Shown here: positions 42,883-56,056 of the stretch, in pieces
Layout: each line of letters starts with the position of its first letter
Numbering within the stretch: position 1 is the stretch's first letter
Source of the DNA: Eledone cirrhosa
Lineage: Eukaryota
Assembly (NCBI GenBank): GCA_964016885.1
Contig: OZ024741.1
Location: 151,156,001 to 151,220,000, forward strand
DNA length: 64,000 bases
Direction: 5' to 3'
Notes under the pieces: generated by a model
Told to the model about the DNA's origin: nothing
Seen by the model: only the letters and a program-made list of their open reading frames with translations
Databases searched by the model: none
Made by a program: the position numbers and the translations under genes

Positions 42883-43951
42883 ACAGAGCAGGAGAGGGGG
42901 TGAGACAGTGATCAAAGGAAAATCAAGTAATGAACATGAACATGTAAGTATTTAAAATATGTTTAATGGCTGGAACACTGCCAAACCTCCTGCATTAGCT
43001 AACATACGTTAAGAAAAAAAAAAGTTGAGAAATTATATTGTTTCTGCAATTATTTTTAGCGGACATAAACTAGAATTAATTCAGGCTCCTTAAACATTAA
43101 GAAGCGTAGTCTCACTGCAGCTTGCTAAAATTATTTATTATTAACGAAGTAATATTTAAAGTCATACACGGAAATATATATTTGTTGCTGTATATGGCGT
43201 TGTCTATTTCTTTCAGGTCATTAACGATGGATTTCCGTCAGTTATAAAGATGTGTGTTCCAATTGTTCGATTAACAGAACAGTGTACTCATGAAATTAAA
43301 CGCGTAAATGGTTTAGCATTCTATATATTATGCGTGCCTTTAACGTAACTCTCAGGGATATTCTGTGTGACGCAGTGTGTGACAAAGTTGGGCCACTGAA
43401 TTACAGGTACAGTCTATCTGACGGGCTTCGAAATAGTTTCCGTCGACAAGAATTCACTTACAAGGCATGGGCCGAAATGAGGCTACGTTAAATGACACAT
43501 GTCTAAGATGACACGCAGTGGGATCGAACTCTGGATCTAATAATTGTGAAGCGAACTTCTTTACCATTCTAGCACTCTGCATTCACTGTTATTATTACCA
43601 TATTCTATATCAATACATGCTGCACATAGAAGGCGCAAGATTTGAGGTTCGCTTCGCCAATCGCGATTTACTGATTCAGTCTCACTGCGTGATTCTAGAA
43701 CAAGCACTTATATACATACATATGTATGTATGTTGTATGTATGTATGGATGTATGTATGTATGTATGGATGGATGTATGTATGTATGGATGTATGTATGT
43801 ATGGATGGATGAATGGATGGATAGCTGCATGGATGGGTGGATAGATGGATGTATGTGTGCATGTATGCCTGTTAAGTTCGTGGTTGGAGGGAGGAGTTTA
43901 GAGTGGGTTGTCTGGGTGGAATATGGGTAAAAAAGTAAATTTAGCGTTCAC

Positions 43952-43989
<38 letters not shown>

Positions 43990-43997
<8 letters not shown>

Positions 43998-44790
43998 ATA
44001 GTGATTGCAGTGATGTAGTAGTGGTGACAGCAGTCATGGTATTGGTAGGAATGGATGTAAGAGCTATTATCCATTTCAATTGATATGCCGTTCTACAGAA
44101 GTTGGCTTCTACATCGAGTTCCACTTTCTCAATGTAGCGTTGACCTCCAATGAATTTTGGCCCACAGCTTAGTTTTTCCAATTCTTTAGTAGTGAGGGAG
44201 CCATATAGTTCGGTTACACGTGGTTTGTTTGTAGTTTTATTAGTGGTGTCAGAAGTTCCATCGTAGTTGTAATTTCCATTAGAACGGTAATCTCTGGTAT
44301 TGGATGTATTCGTGATGGTGTCGTAGTGGAAAGAGCAGTAGTAGTACTTATTTAGTATCCAATGGAACTTGTGTGTGAGGTGCTTTTTCGTGTGCAAATC
44401 AATTGTGACAGCATACGTTGATCATGCGTAGTCTGGAATGGTGAGGGAGCTGAGCTTGTAGAGCAGATATAGCTACTTTTTGTTGGTTGATTTCTTTGTG
44501 TAGGGTTTTTTTTATAGTGAAGATATGTTTGAAGTTGCCTGAAGACCTGGAACTATTTAGATCAAAGCATTTAGGTAGGTGTATGTTCCTTAGAGTGTTA
44601 GGAATAATGTGATTTAGAAACAGGTTAAGGTTGTTGATCTGGCAACAGCGTTTTGCACGTTTTTCCGATAATTTAAACAGTTTCAACATGATAGTAAAGT
44701 CAGTCTGACTCGGGCGTGATGAGAATAAAATATTATAGTTAATATGAAGTATTGTAAGATATGTAATAAATGAATGATAAATATTTCAGA
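43990..44790 (-). mobile_element. Probable N-terminal remnant of another PLE ORF
   Basis: LTTKELEKLSCGPKF..EANFCRTAYQLKW resembles the LSxGPKF region upstream of PLE RTs; ends at (AGT)n. Confidence 0.5.
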
Positions 44791-45509
44791 AAGTTGGTAC
44801 ATTGCAGTAGAAATATATAAAGAGAAAGGATGACAATTAAATAAATAAATAAATAAATAAATATATATATATATATATAAGCACGTGTAAATCAGAATAC
44901 AGTAACGATTGAACATTTTGAAAATAGAATTAGCTTTCACAGTCTGCTGACTACAGAGAGTAGTCTGATATTGCGGCATATGAACCCCATAACGGAAAAG
45001 AGTTGGCATTAGCATGCGTGGGAAAGGAGCCCATACCACCTATTTTCGCCAGTTTAAATTTATTTAGAATCTATAAAGCTAATAGCGCTAAATATGTAAG
45101 CACTTGTGAATTCAAATGTATGAAATGCCATCCTTTTTTCATCAGGGTTCAGGTGCTCTAATATTAAAGTATTTTTCATAGTCAATATACAGTGAAAGTT
45201 TCTAATTCTACTTCCTCCCTCTCTTTTCGAATATTCATAATAATATTCGAATCGTTTGAAATTATGCAAACAGCCTCTTTAAGCGTTGTCAGTAGAATGA
45301 CCTTGTCATTCTTGCTCTTCTGTTGGCATATAAACAGAACGGCAGACACTAGTGTTACTATGTGATTACCCTTCATCAGTACCATATATTGTTTACCTGC
45401 CAACTGTCAGTGCTAGTGAAAATATATATTTTCTGAAATATACAGTGAGTGATCGGCCTGATTTGCATATTAGCAGACAAGCTGATCAGTCGGATCTACA
45501 TATTAGCAT

Positions 45510-46605
45510 ATTTTTTGTGCGCATTTATGCACGTTTAAATGCGTGTGTATGTGCAGGTATGTGCACGTGTGTGTGTGTTGGTACGCGTTTGTGTGTGCAT
45601 TTGTTGCGCGTTTGTGTGCACGTGTAAGTGTACGCGTGTTTGCGTACACTTTGTGTGTGTATCTCTATGCGCAGTGTCTGCATGTGTGTTCGCGCAGTGT
45701 GTGCGTGTTTGAGCGCATTTGCATGCGTCTGTTTGTGCACTTGCATGTGTGAGTATGCTCCTTTTGTGCATTTCAATGCGCTTTTTTGTGCGTGTTTCTG
45801 TGTGCGTGTATGTCCGGATATGTGCGTATGTGTGTTTGTGTGGGTATTTGTGTGCGCGCTTATGTCCGCAGTTGTTTCCGAGTGTATGTGTGTGTGCACG
45901 TTTCTGTGCAAATTGATGTGCACCTGTATTTTTATAGTCAGCGTACGTGCGCGCGATTGTGTGTGTATGTGTATGCGCGTTTGCCTGTGTTTTTGTACGC
46001 CCTTTTCGGCGCTTTTTTGTGCACCTTTTGTGCTCGCTTTTGCGCACGATTTCGATCATATTCAGTGCACAGTTTTATACGGATTTTCCTGCACGTTTTT
46101 GAGCCTTTTTGGTGCATGTGTTTGTTCGCATTTATGTGTCCTTTTTTTGCTCGTATTTGTGCGCATTTTGAACCATTTTGTGCGCTTTATGGGACGTTTT
46201 TATGCGATATTTGTGCACGTTTTTTTTGTGTTTTTTTGTGCGTGTTTCTGTGCCCTTCTTATGGACTTTTTTTGTGTGCGTTAATGTGCTAGTTTTTTGC
46301 GTGCTTCTGGGCGCGTTTTTGTGCGCTTTTTATGCATGATTTGGCGCGCGTTTGCGCGCAATTTTGTGCGCATTTTTGTGCGGCTTTTTTACGAGATTTT
46401 TGGTGCTCTTTTTGTGCTTGTTTGTGTGCGTTTTTTGTGCATGTTTATATGCGTGTTTTGTGTACGTTTTGTGCGCGTCTTTGGTGCTGTATTGTGCGTG
46501 TTTCTGTGCAATCTCTTCTGCACTTTTTTGCGTGCGTTTATGTGCATGTTTTTGTGCGTGATTCTGGGCGCGTTTTGTCTGCTTTTATGCATGTTTTTGT
46601 ACGCA
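45510..46605. repeat. Degenerate TGYG/TTTTGTGCG low-complexity tract
   Basis: About 1.1 kb of T/G-rich, A-poor, CpG-containing short-unit repeats. Confidence 0.75.
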
Positions 46606-46811
46606 GAGCATTCCATACGATAATTCCCTAACTCTCCGGTGCCTTGAACTCCTACCAGATGTACGGGCTCCGAAAAAATTGAAAGGTAATGAGCCTAGAG
46701 AATAGTGTAACATTCTATCTGTCATTCTAATGATCCTGCTACTATACAGACACAAGCTCATTCAACCAAACCCTTTGACACGGACTGAACCACACACACA
46801 CACACACACGC

Positions 46812-46873
<62 letters not shown>

Positions 46874-47064
46874 GGACAGTAATACAAGCTTATACACACA
46901 CACATAATCCCACTCACCTACATACACTAATAACTTCTTAAACTCACTCAAACACAAATATAGTGACAACGCCCATAATCACACTCATGCAAGTACTCAT
47001 ACATAAAAACACACAAATGTGTACCACGCACACATATAGACAATAAATCGCAATAACACACTAC

Positions 47065-47572
47065 AATACTCCTCTATGGCTGTGAGTCATGGCCCCTAAC
47101 AGTAATCGATCTGCACAAGCTTGAAGTATTTAATCACTTCTATCTTCACCACATCCTTCTTGTTCGCTGGCACCACTTCCTTTTGAATGAAGAATTCCGT
47201 TCACATTGCAACATCAAACCGATCAGGAATATTCTTTGCAGACATTGACTGAGATGGTTTGACCTTGCATTTCTGCTTCAACGGGGTGAATTCATCTGCG
47301 AAACAGTTGATCCACAACCACTACAAGGATGGAACAAATGACGTGGCGGACTGCTGAAAACTTAGTTGCACACCGTAAAAGGTGACATTGAAATCCACCT
47401 GGGCCCAAGTGTGTTCGGTACCCACTGTTAAAAAGACGTTTGGTTGGCCCTCACCGATTCAGTTACGTCCGATCGTCGTGTATAGTCTGCATTCTTGAGG
47501 GACACCGTGAATTCCGTCAATGGAGCCGGCTCAACCCGGGTGAACGCCGCCACAAGTAAAAAGTAAGTACAA
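47065..47572 (+). mobile_element. RTE-clade LINE 3' fragment
   Basis: Hand translation LLYGCESWPLTVIDLHKLEVFNH..ILLVRW..NEE..*LRWF; short repeat tail caagta/aagta. Confidence 0.75.
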
Positions 47573-47728
47573 GAGGTAATCTTATACATTGATAACATTT
47601 TACACTCTATAACAACTGTTCTCATGCAACTAGCTGTGTCGTATAGCAGATGGTTACCTCAAAGATTTATGTCATTAAGTTTAAATCACTTATACATCTC
47701 TCTCTCTCACACACACACACAATCTATG

Positions 47729-47775
<47 letters not shown>

Positions 47776-47895
47776 AAATCTATCTACTTCTCTAACTCAG
47801 TCTATTTGCCTGTCTGCCTGTCCTCTTGTCTGTCACTCTTACTATCTATACATAAACACACACAGAGACAAATATACATGCATATCCCCCGCCCC

Positions 47896-47930
<35 letters not shown>

Positions 47931-47931
<1 letters not shown>

Positions 47932-48087
47932 ATCAAGGAAGTGTCGTAGGGAACCAGGTGGACCATAACGCACCATAGTACTCAATACTTAGGGTAGTAG
48001 AGTGGGTAATAGGAAAATGTTCTGAAGTCCAGAAATAGCCGTCGAAACGGCTTGAGCTCAGCTTTCGGGGTCTTGAACATTTTCCTA
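47931..48087. mobile_element. Family A copy (subtype 2) with shortened left arm
   Basis: ggaaccaggtggaccataacgcacc..gtccagaaatagccgtcgaaacggcttgagctcagc. Confidence 0.75.
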
Positions 48088-48122
48088 TATATATATGTAT
48101 GTGTATATATATATATATATAT

Positions 48123-48566
48123 ATGGAAAAGAATGAAATGAAATTTCATTTCTCACTCTTAGTACGGCTGATACCTAAATATAAGTATGTATACGTACAT
48201 GCATATATGTATACAGACGTACAGTAGTATGTATACATACATGCACACATATATATATATGTATGTATGGGTTTACCGAACATTTATTATAATGTTCGTT
48301 TTGTTTGTAAACAAACAGCCCGAATTATTAGCCGTACAGTGTTCGGCAACCATCGTCGCCCTTTTGGTCAACACTGACACAGGAACGATGTACTAGTTTC
48401 AAGCTTATTAGCTATCGCCAGCATCGTATACCTTCCTGTCAGATGATTGAACGTTTGAAAGTATATACTTTCCTTATGCATATTAACGGCTGAACAGCCT
48501 AATTTGCATATCGAGTGAGTTATTCGGCCGGGCGCACCGGAAACGATGAATGGAAAAGAATGAAAC
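48123..48566 (-). mobile_element. Family D copy: one ~427-bp monomer plus 16-bp terminal redundancy; HHR at 48385-48427 with mutated core
   Basis: atggaaaagaatgaaa at 48123 and 48550; minus ACGATG-CTGGCGA-TAGCT aata AGCTT-GAAA CTAG TA-CATCGT. Confidence 0.75.
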
Positions 48567-49714
48567 ATATATATAGAAAGAGAAACAGACACACACACGC
48601 ATATGGGGAGAGAGAGAGAGAGAAGGAGAGCGAGAGAGAGAGGGGATGAGAGAGGGAGGGAGCGAGCGAGAGAGAGAGAGAGTGAAGTTTCTGATTTTTC
48701 AAATCAGACTAAAGAAACAATATTTTCATTGGTCCCTCTATTGCTAAATATATGTATGTGTGTGTGGTGGTTGTGGTATAGACACATACATAGTTACACA
48801 CATACCCACATGCATCCATACATATATTGGTACAAAAATTCATGCATTGAAACCTACATATATTCATACACATTCACATATATACGTACATACATACATA
48901 CATGCATACATACATACGTACATACATGCATACATATATACATACGTACATACATACGTACATATATACATACGTACATACATATATACATACCTACAAA
49001 CATATACATACACACATACGTACATGCATACATATGTACATACGTACATACATACGTAGGTATACACTCTTACAGGCATACAAACATAGAGATGCACCTA
49101 TCCAATCTATTTCCCTTATCTATACGGTAATTACTTCTCTAACCATATCCAACACATTCAACCTATTTTTAACTCCTTTTCTATATTGAACTTAATGGGA
49201 AATCTTCGGTTTAGCTTAACCTGTGCCATGGATGACGTGACTACTTATTTGATTCACAACTTCCAGTAACTTCCAACAACTTTCAACTACTTTCCATACA
49301 CGAAGAGAGGAATTATAAAGTTATCACCTCAATTGTCGTATTTATTTTCTGATATTATATTCTAGTATGTAAACGGCGAATGGGTTAAGACGTGAGGGCG
49401 GCAATTAAGTTCTTCACTATGTGTCCCGTCTCATTTTATTCTGAGTTTAAATCCAACCGACGTCAACTTTTCCTTATGCTGTCCATAAATCAAAAACAGG
49501 TCCAGTGCACGTGGATATAAATACATACATAAATACATACATATATATATATATACGTACATATATATACATGCATACATATATGCGTACATACATACTT
49601 GCATACATATCTACCTAGTTGATGTGTAAATTCCAGTGAGAGAGTCTTTTAGCTATATTAGAAACCGACTCTCTCTCTCTATTGGCAAAATTTGTGAAAT
49701 TATAAAACCAGAAG

Positions 49715-49799
<85 letters not shown>

Positions 49800-50129
49800 A
49801 TATATATATATTTCGTTTTTGAATTTGTTTTGCAAGATTTCTTATCTGAAAACGTGTGTTGAAACAGATATTGTTATACTTTAGGTGTGTTATGTTGCCA
49901 ATAAATACACATGCACCTGTTGGCATTCACTTCAATTTATTATAAATTTCCGGTTAGTTGGTTGGTTCGATAACCGGAAGGTTGCTTATATATTGTCAAA
50001 GCTCTTTCTGTGACCTCCTCAGTGACTAGGTTTTTATTTTGTGTCTCTCCTTTGTTCTGTCCTACACCATCTAGCTTTTGTGTGTTGTGTGTTGTGTGCT
50101 TAGTTTGCGCTTGCGTTACATCCAAATGT

Positions 50130-50463
50130 TATAGAAGCTTGTGTGTAGAGAAATATTATAAATATAAAAAAATATTAGAAATGTGTAGCAAAGCGATGAT
50201 ATGGTTTTCGTGTACAACACCATTTTCACAGTCCGGAGAGCGTAATATCTAGATTATATGCCCCTCACATAATCCACGACGATTCAATATTGGACGTTTG
50301 ATGATTCTGTTAGAGTATCATAGTTTGTTGGTCTTTAGTCCAATATAGCAGGTTGTTTAAGTTGCGAAAATGGTGCTGTACACGAAAACCATATCATCGC
50401 TTTGCTACGCATTTCTAATATTTTTAATATTTATAATATTTCTCTACACACAAGCTTCTATAG
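50130..50463. repeat. Inverted repeat, ~100-bp arms and ~130-bp spacer
   Basis: tatagaagcttgtgtgtagagaaatattata..gatatggttttcgtgtac / gtacacgaaaaccatatc..tctctacacacaagcttctata. Confidence 0.8.
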
Positions 50464-50834
50464 CATTCATATAAAATATAGATTATCAGTTCAACCCCCC
50501 TAATACTCTTGATTACCCGCTTAAAGTGCTTGTATTACATGTAACACACTGCCGCACTATAGTATTATATAAATAAGACACACGTGCTTGCCACACGTGT
50601 AACTATTGCACACACTAACTGCTTCTGACTATCCTATCGCATTAATTTCATGTTGTATTTTAACTTTAATTTTAAATTGTATCCTCTTTTGATATGAATG
50701 TAATCTTTAAATGTATACTGCCACGCTAAATGTTATAATGGAGGTCGACCCACCAAGCAACAATATTTGCATATGTATCTGTATGTCTCTTGTGTTGAAG
50801 AGGAGGTCATATATGTGATCATTCATTAATAAAT

Positions 50835-50881
50835 TGCTCCGAAGAATCCCAACCTCGGTTTGGAGGAAACAATTGTAAGCA
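50835..50881 (+). ncRNA. Minimal hammerhead motif (U4C) just upstream of (TA)n
   Basis: TGCT-CCGAAGA-ATCCCAACC tc GGTTTGGAG-GAAA-C AATT G-TA-AGCA. Confidence 0.6.
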
Positions 50882-50916
50882 TATAAATGATTTGAACAGA
50901 ACTTTGATTCTTATAA

Positions 50917-50958
<42 letters not shown>

Positions 50959-52392
50959 TAACTATTTATGCGTCGCATTAAACGAATACGGAATTTTATT
51001 TAATCAAGCATTTATATATGCATAATTAAATCACGTGACACCCGATAATTTGAATATTTTGCCAAATATATTTTCTTAAGCTTTGTAATTATAACAACAA
51101 CATCCTTCGTTTTTATCATTTGAAACCTTGATGTTTGTTTGTGTGTGTATGTGTGTGCGTTTCTCTGTATGTCTGATTGTTTGTGTTTATGTGCGTGTGC
51201 GATTGCCTACTTGTTTGTGTGTTTGCGTGGTTGAACATACGTCTATGTGGTTTGTGTGGACGTGTGTTTGCTTGTTTCTATGTTTGCGTGGGTGTACGAG
51301 CGTTTATGAGCTTGTGTAGGCGTGTATGTGTGCTTCTTTGAGTGTTTGAATGCGTGTGGGGGCGTGAGTTTGTGGTTGTATGTGTGTGGTTGGAGGTGAA
51401 CATGAGGTTGCATGTGTGTGTATTTTCGATAGTGTGGGTGTACGTGTGTATTATTTATTTGGGTGATTTAGAGTATGTGTTTTTCCCTGTATGCATTTGT
51501 GTGCGTATTTGTGATTGTTTAAGGTGTGTGTTTCCTTGTGTTATTATGTCTGTGGATACATATGTGTGTATTTGCCTGCATATATATATGTGTGTTTACG
51601 ACCATTTGTACGAATGAGAAATTTGTTTGGAAATGATTATGCATGAGCCTCATTATGTATTGTTGATTTGAAAGCAAAATGTATGTCAGATTATGCGTGT
51701 ATGTGTATGTGTGTGTGTGTGTGTGTGTATGCATGTGTGTGCGTGTATGCGTGTGTGTGTTTGCATGTGTATCTGTGAGTGTGTATGCATTAATATGCAT
51801 GCAAATTTCTCTTTTAATTATTTGGTTTATTCATGTAAGGATTAAAGCTGGATTCTAAGCGAAAAATTAATATAACACGTTGAAATTTGGATAAAAATCG
51901 TTGAACCTTAGAAAACTGTTCCGCTTCCAGATTGTATTAGCGAACTGCGAGTTATCTGATCAGTTTCTTTGTCTGGGCAGCCTAGCTTTTCCAGATTTAC
52001 ACACGCATACACACTCATACACACATACATACCACAGACATTCTCATGCATACTCACACACACACACAAACACAGACATACACACACGCGCGCACGCACA
52101 CACACACGCACATATATAACTCAAATTTAGAGATATATGTATATATATAGAGAGAGAGAGAAAGAACCATATATCGTTTGAGATACACAGTATTTTTACA
52201 GACACAAAAATCACATAATCTTCATACAAACATACGTAATTCAAAATGGAAAATGTTCTTATATCCTAAAAATATGCTCTGGACAAATGTCGATTGAGAC
52301 TTTCTGCTGATAAGCACAAATATCGCACATAATATGCGTTATGACACCTTATATTTATATATAACTCAAATTAAGAGATATATGTATGTATG

Positions 52393-52471
<79 letters not shown>

Positions 52472-53139
52472 GAAGTAATTCCGTCGGAAAGGTACAGAAA
52501 AAAGAGTGCTCTATGTAGGCTACAGAGCTTATTAGTTATATAATAAACAACATTAGATAATTATTTCATTTACCATAAATATCCAGAACATAAACATACA
52601 CACTCTCAACCACGCGCATACACTTAAAAAGTACGTAGGCGTATACTTTTTCGCATAAACATATATGCGTCTGCAAACAGAGACATAGATACATACACAT
52701 AGATATACATGAAGTAATAAGAATAAATAAATAAATGAATAAGAACAAAATATACAAAGTCAAAATCGAAATAAAGACAAAAGGATACGTGTTAACAACG
52801 ATACGCAAGAGGGGGGGGGGGGGGGATAAAAACAACATAAACATAAACATGAGATGCACATTTACATACATATATATATATATATAAACAAATATATATA
52901 TATTTATATATACACATACATACATAAATACTCATACACACGTATAAAAACACATACACATATGTATGTGTATATATATATATATACATCACCAGCAAGG
53001 ATGGAAACCTTGCCATCGATGCATAGATTCACTTACTATGAATAGTTACACTAGTGTAACTATTCATAGTAAGTGTATATATAAATATATATATATTTGT
53101 ATATATATATATATATATATGTATGTAAATGTGCATCTC

Positions 53140-53422
53140 AGAATGGCCCGAGTGAATGGGCCTTCTCTCTATATCAGCCTGTAGGTTGAGGAAAAGGAGG
53201 AGGAGAGGAAAGGAGTACAAACTCTTCGTACTCCTGGAGATGAGGGTTGCACATTTTTTTTCGTGGGTATGTGTTACCCATATAAACTGTCTCCCTCTAT
53301 TGGGCAAAATCGACTAACTTTTAAATTCCATCTGTGATAACATTTTACACGTTTTTATTGTATGTAAACTTCCCCCTTTGTATTTGTCCCCTTCTTTTGT
53401 GCCCCTGTGGCTAATAAAGAAA
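53140..53422 (+). mobile_element. Severely 5'-truncated Tx1-family copy (ORF2 end + 3' UTR)
   Basis: [14 protein letters not shown] and a 3' UTR nearly identical to the reverse complement of 36922-37205; ends aataaagaaat-atatcta. Confidence 0.9.
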
Positions 53423-53426
53423 TATA

Positions 53427-53546
<120 letters not shown>

Positions 53547-53674
53547 AAAGATCTATTTAAAATTGTTGGGATACAACAAGTAAATATTTTTATAACTGAT
53601 ATAAAGCACTCGACAAGTATTTGGAGTAGATATACGATATTAATAAATGGAAACTATATTTATAAAACCATATT

Positions 53675-53739
53675 TATTTCATTATACATATTTCAGGGAT
53701 ACCAAATTAAATTATGGTATGCCTTCATCAGACAAAATA
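53675..53739 (-). ncRNA. Type I hammerhead ribozyme (left arm)
   Basis: Mirror image of 53888-53952. Confidence 0.75.
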
Positions 53740-53887
53740 CAATATATAACAGTTTTACAAATAAGCTTTGACGTACCCTATTAAAATGCAACCATTGTTT
53801 TTGGAAGTCATCCGGATGACTTCCAAAAACAATGGTTGCATTTTAATAGGGTACGTCAAAGCTTATTTGTAAAACTGTTATATATTG

Positions 53888-53952
53888 TATTTTGTCTGAT
53901 GAAGGCATACCATAATTTAATTTGGTATCCCTGAAATATGTATAATGAAATA
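53888..53952 (+). ncRNA. Type I hammerhead ribozyme (right arm)
   Basis: TATTTTGT-CTGATGA-AGGCATACCA..TGGTATCCCT-GAAA-T ATGT A-TA-ATGAAATA. Confidence 0.75.
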
Positions 53953-53992
53953 AATATGGTTTTATAAATATAGTTTCCATTTATTAATATCG

Positions 53993-54028
<36 letters not shown>

Positions 54029-54057
54029 GATCAAAAGATGGTTAAAAGAGTTCCATG

Positions 54058-54128
54058 TATTTTATTATGCGCATTTCAAAAACAAACATCATCATGCAAT
54101 AATATTTGTGTTTTCATCAGATAAAATA
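54058..54128 (-). ncRNA. Type I hammerhead ribozyme, intact core (family F copy ~54023-54198)
   Basis: Minus TATTTTAT-CTGATGA-AAAC..TTTT-GAAA-T GCGC A-TA-ATAAAATA; perfect 8-bp stem I, palindromic loop III. Confidence 0.82.
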
Positions 54129-54946
54129 GGAAGACATGATATGAAGGTTAAAAAACACTTGTGAATAGTGCAGTTTTAAATCAACATATCACCTCCTACA
54201 TATATATATATGCATGTATGTGTATATATATATATTTACATGCATAAAAAGACAGATAAATAGATAGATAGATAGAGTTAGATAGACAGACATGCAGATA
54301 GATAGATTAAGAGATATATTAATAGATATTTATATACTCACAGAGAGCGGCAAACGGATAAGTCAGTAATTCGATACTAGAACAAATAGATAGAATGTTT
54401 GTTAGTTATGTGAATATACCAAGACAAATATATTCATCGATAAATAGAGAGGGATTACAGATGGACAAATAAAAAAGTTGGAGAGATGCATTAATAGATT
54501 ACTAAAACAAAATTCTCATTGAAATGGGAGATTGATTTTAAACATAATCTTTTAATTTTAACATACAATTTATATGGTATGGAGAAAGCTAATCATTATT
54601 GGTAAGTAAGATGACACCTACTTTAATAAAGAACAACTTTCCCTCTTAAGTAAAAATATTGATTCTTGAAACTGAAATTGATTCTTAACGTATAGTTATC
54701 TCCTCTTTCTTTGATAGTCGTTAATATTCACCGCTAGCTTTTTGCTACCTATTTAAAGTTGTAGAAGAAATGTTAGGCAATTGGGAATAATTTTCAGCAC
54801 ATATTTAATATATCGCTTCCTCACTTTCTCTCTCTCCCTCTTCCCTTATCTCTCTTAATATAAACATACATATAAGTAGAGAGAGAGATAAAGAGCGACA
54901 AAGAAACAAGCAGGCATATAAGTGTGTTAAAACATATCGGACTTTA

Positions 54947-56056
54947 TCTATATATATAAAACTGAAGTTGTCTATCGATTTTTGGCACACATCTCCTCTT
55001 AGAATCTCTCACGGAATTGCACCGAAATTGCTATACTTGTACATTGAGCCCTAGCGAAGACATCGGAAAAAAAATATTTCAAATTGATCCGCCCTATCTG
55101 ACGAAATCGAATATAATGTATCGATTTTTGAGCGTAAGTGATCAGTTATTTCCCTTTGTTCTGTTTACATTCAGCGTAGCGTCTTACGTTCTCTTTACAT
55201 TTTCTGCGTGCAAAAATTAAAAAAATTACGCTGGCTTTCTCAGCGTTTACTGCAAAATTCATCAGTTCGAACACTAAGCTTCCGTTTTGCTTCATTTCCA
55301 TTTAAAAGCCTTTTAAAACAATATTTTTTACTTGAAAACAAGTCTATTTAAAGACTACGTAAAACAAGCAAATATTTCGTAAAAAAAAGCAAAAATTATA
55401 TAAGTTTATTTAAATATATGTATCTGTAAATTTCGTTAGGCGTGCAGACAGACAGTCGTGCAGACAGACAGTCGTGCAGACAGACAGTCGTGCAGACAGA
55501 CAGTCGTGCAGAGAGGTGATATAGGCGTGCAGACAGACAGTCGTGCAGAGAGGTGATATAGGCGTGCAGACAGACAGTCATGCAGAGAGGTGATATAGGC
55601 GATTATTTCCCTTTTATGGAATGAGCAGACGATTAGCGAATGTGCAGACGATTAAGTAAATCTTTAGTAGAGTGAATTGGAATCTCCAGTTTGTTTAATA
55701 GCTTCATTTGCACTGTACTGCCTTTGTATGCTACAACGCTTTAAAAGTTCGGCGAGTTCATTACTTCGTAAGTTATTGATATTTATTTTTTTATTACGAC
55801 GGTTAGCAAACTTTCCCTATTAAACGTTTAAATTAATTTTACGGTCTTATAAGGCTGAATTTACTTTAATTCGGGTTATCGTTATGTTTTCTTAACTTCA
55901 TAAGGCATATTGTTGGTTGAGGGAATATTAATCAAAAACACCACATGCAAGTCTGCACAATAGACACTACAGTTTTTAAGCCAAAAAAGAAACTTAACAT
56001 TGTAACTTTAACACAGCTACTGAGCGACCCCGAGCAACGCCGGGCTTTACTGCTAG
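54947..56056 (+). mobile_element. Non-autonomous Helitron nested in the mariner
   Basis: A|TCTATATATATAAAACTGAAG..cccgagcaacgccggg hairpin..CTAG|T; termini similar to the 24347-25218 element. Confidence 0.8.
55439..55600. repeat. Minisatellite inside the Helitron (16-bp gtgcagacagacagtc and gtgcagagaggtgatataggc units)
   Basis: Direct tandem units visible. Confidence 0.85.

Larger units (their letters stand above)
53548..53993. mobile_element. Family C element: 360-bp spacerless palindrome plus tail
   Basis: 53634-53813 is the reverse complement of 53814-53993 (centre catcc|ggatg); TA flanks. Confidence 0.9.

Noticed and set aside
45535-46631. Long Cys/Phe/Val-rich or His/Thr-rich ORFs
   Set aside because: Products of the A-poor low-complexity tract; open in several frames at once
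49945-50030. Minus-strand CTGAGGA near GAAA
   Set aside because: No consistent three-stem fold found
55439-55600. CRISPR-like array
   Set aside because: Head-to-tail minisatellite without unique spacers, inside a Helitron in eukaryotic DNA
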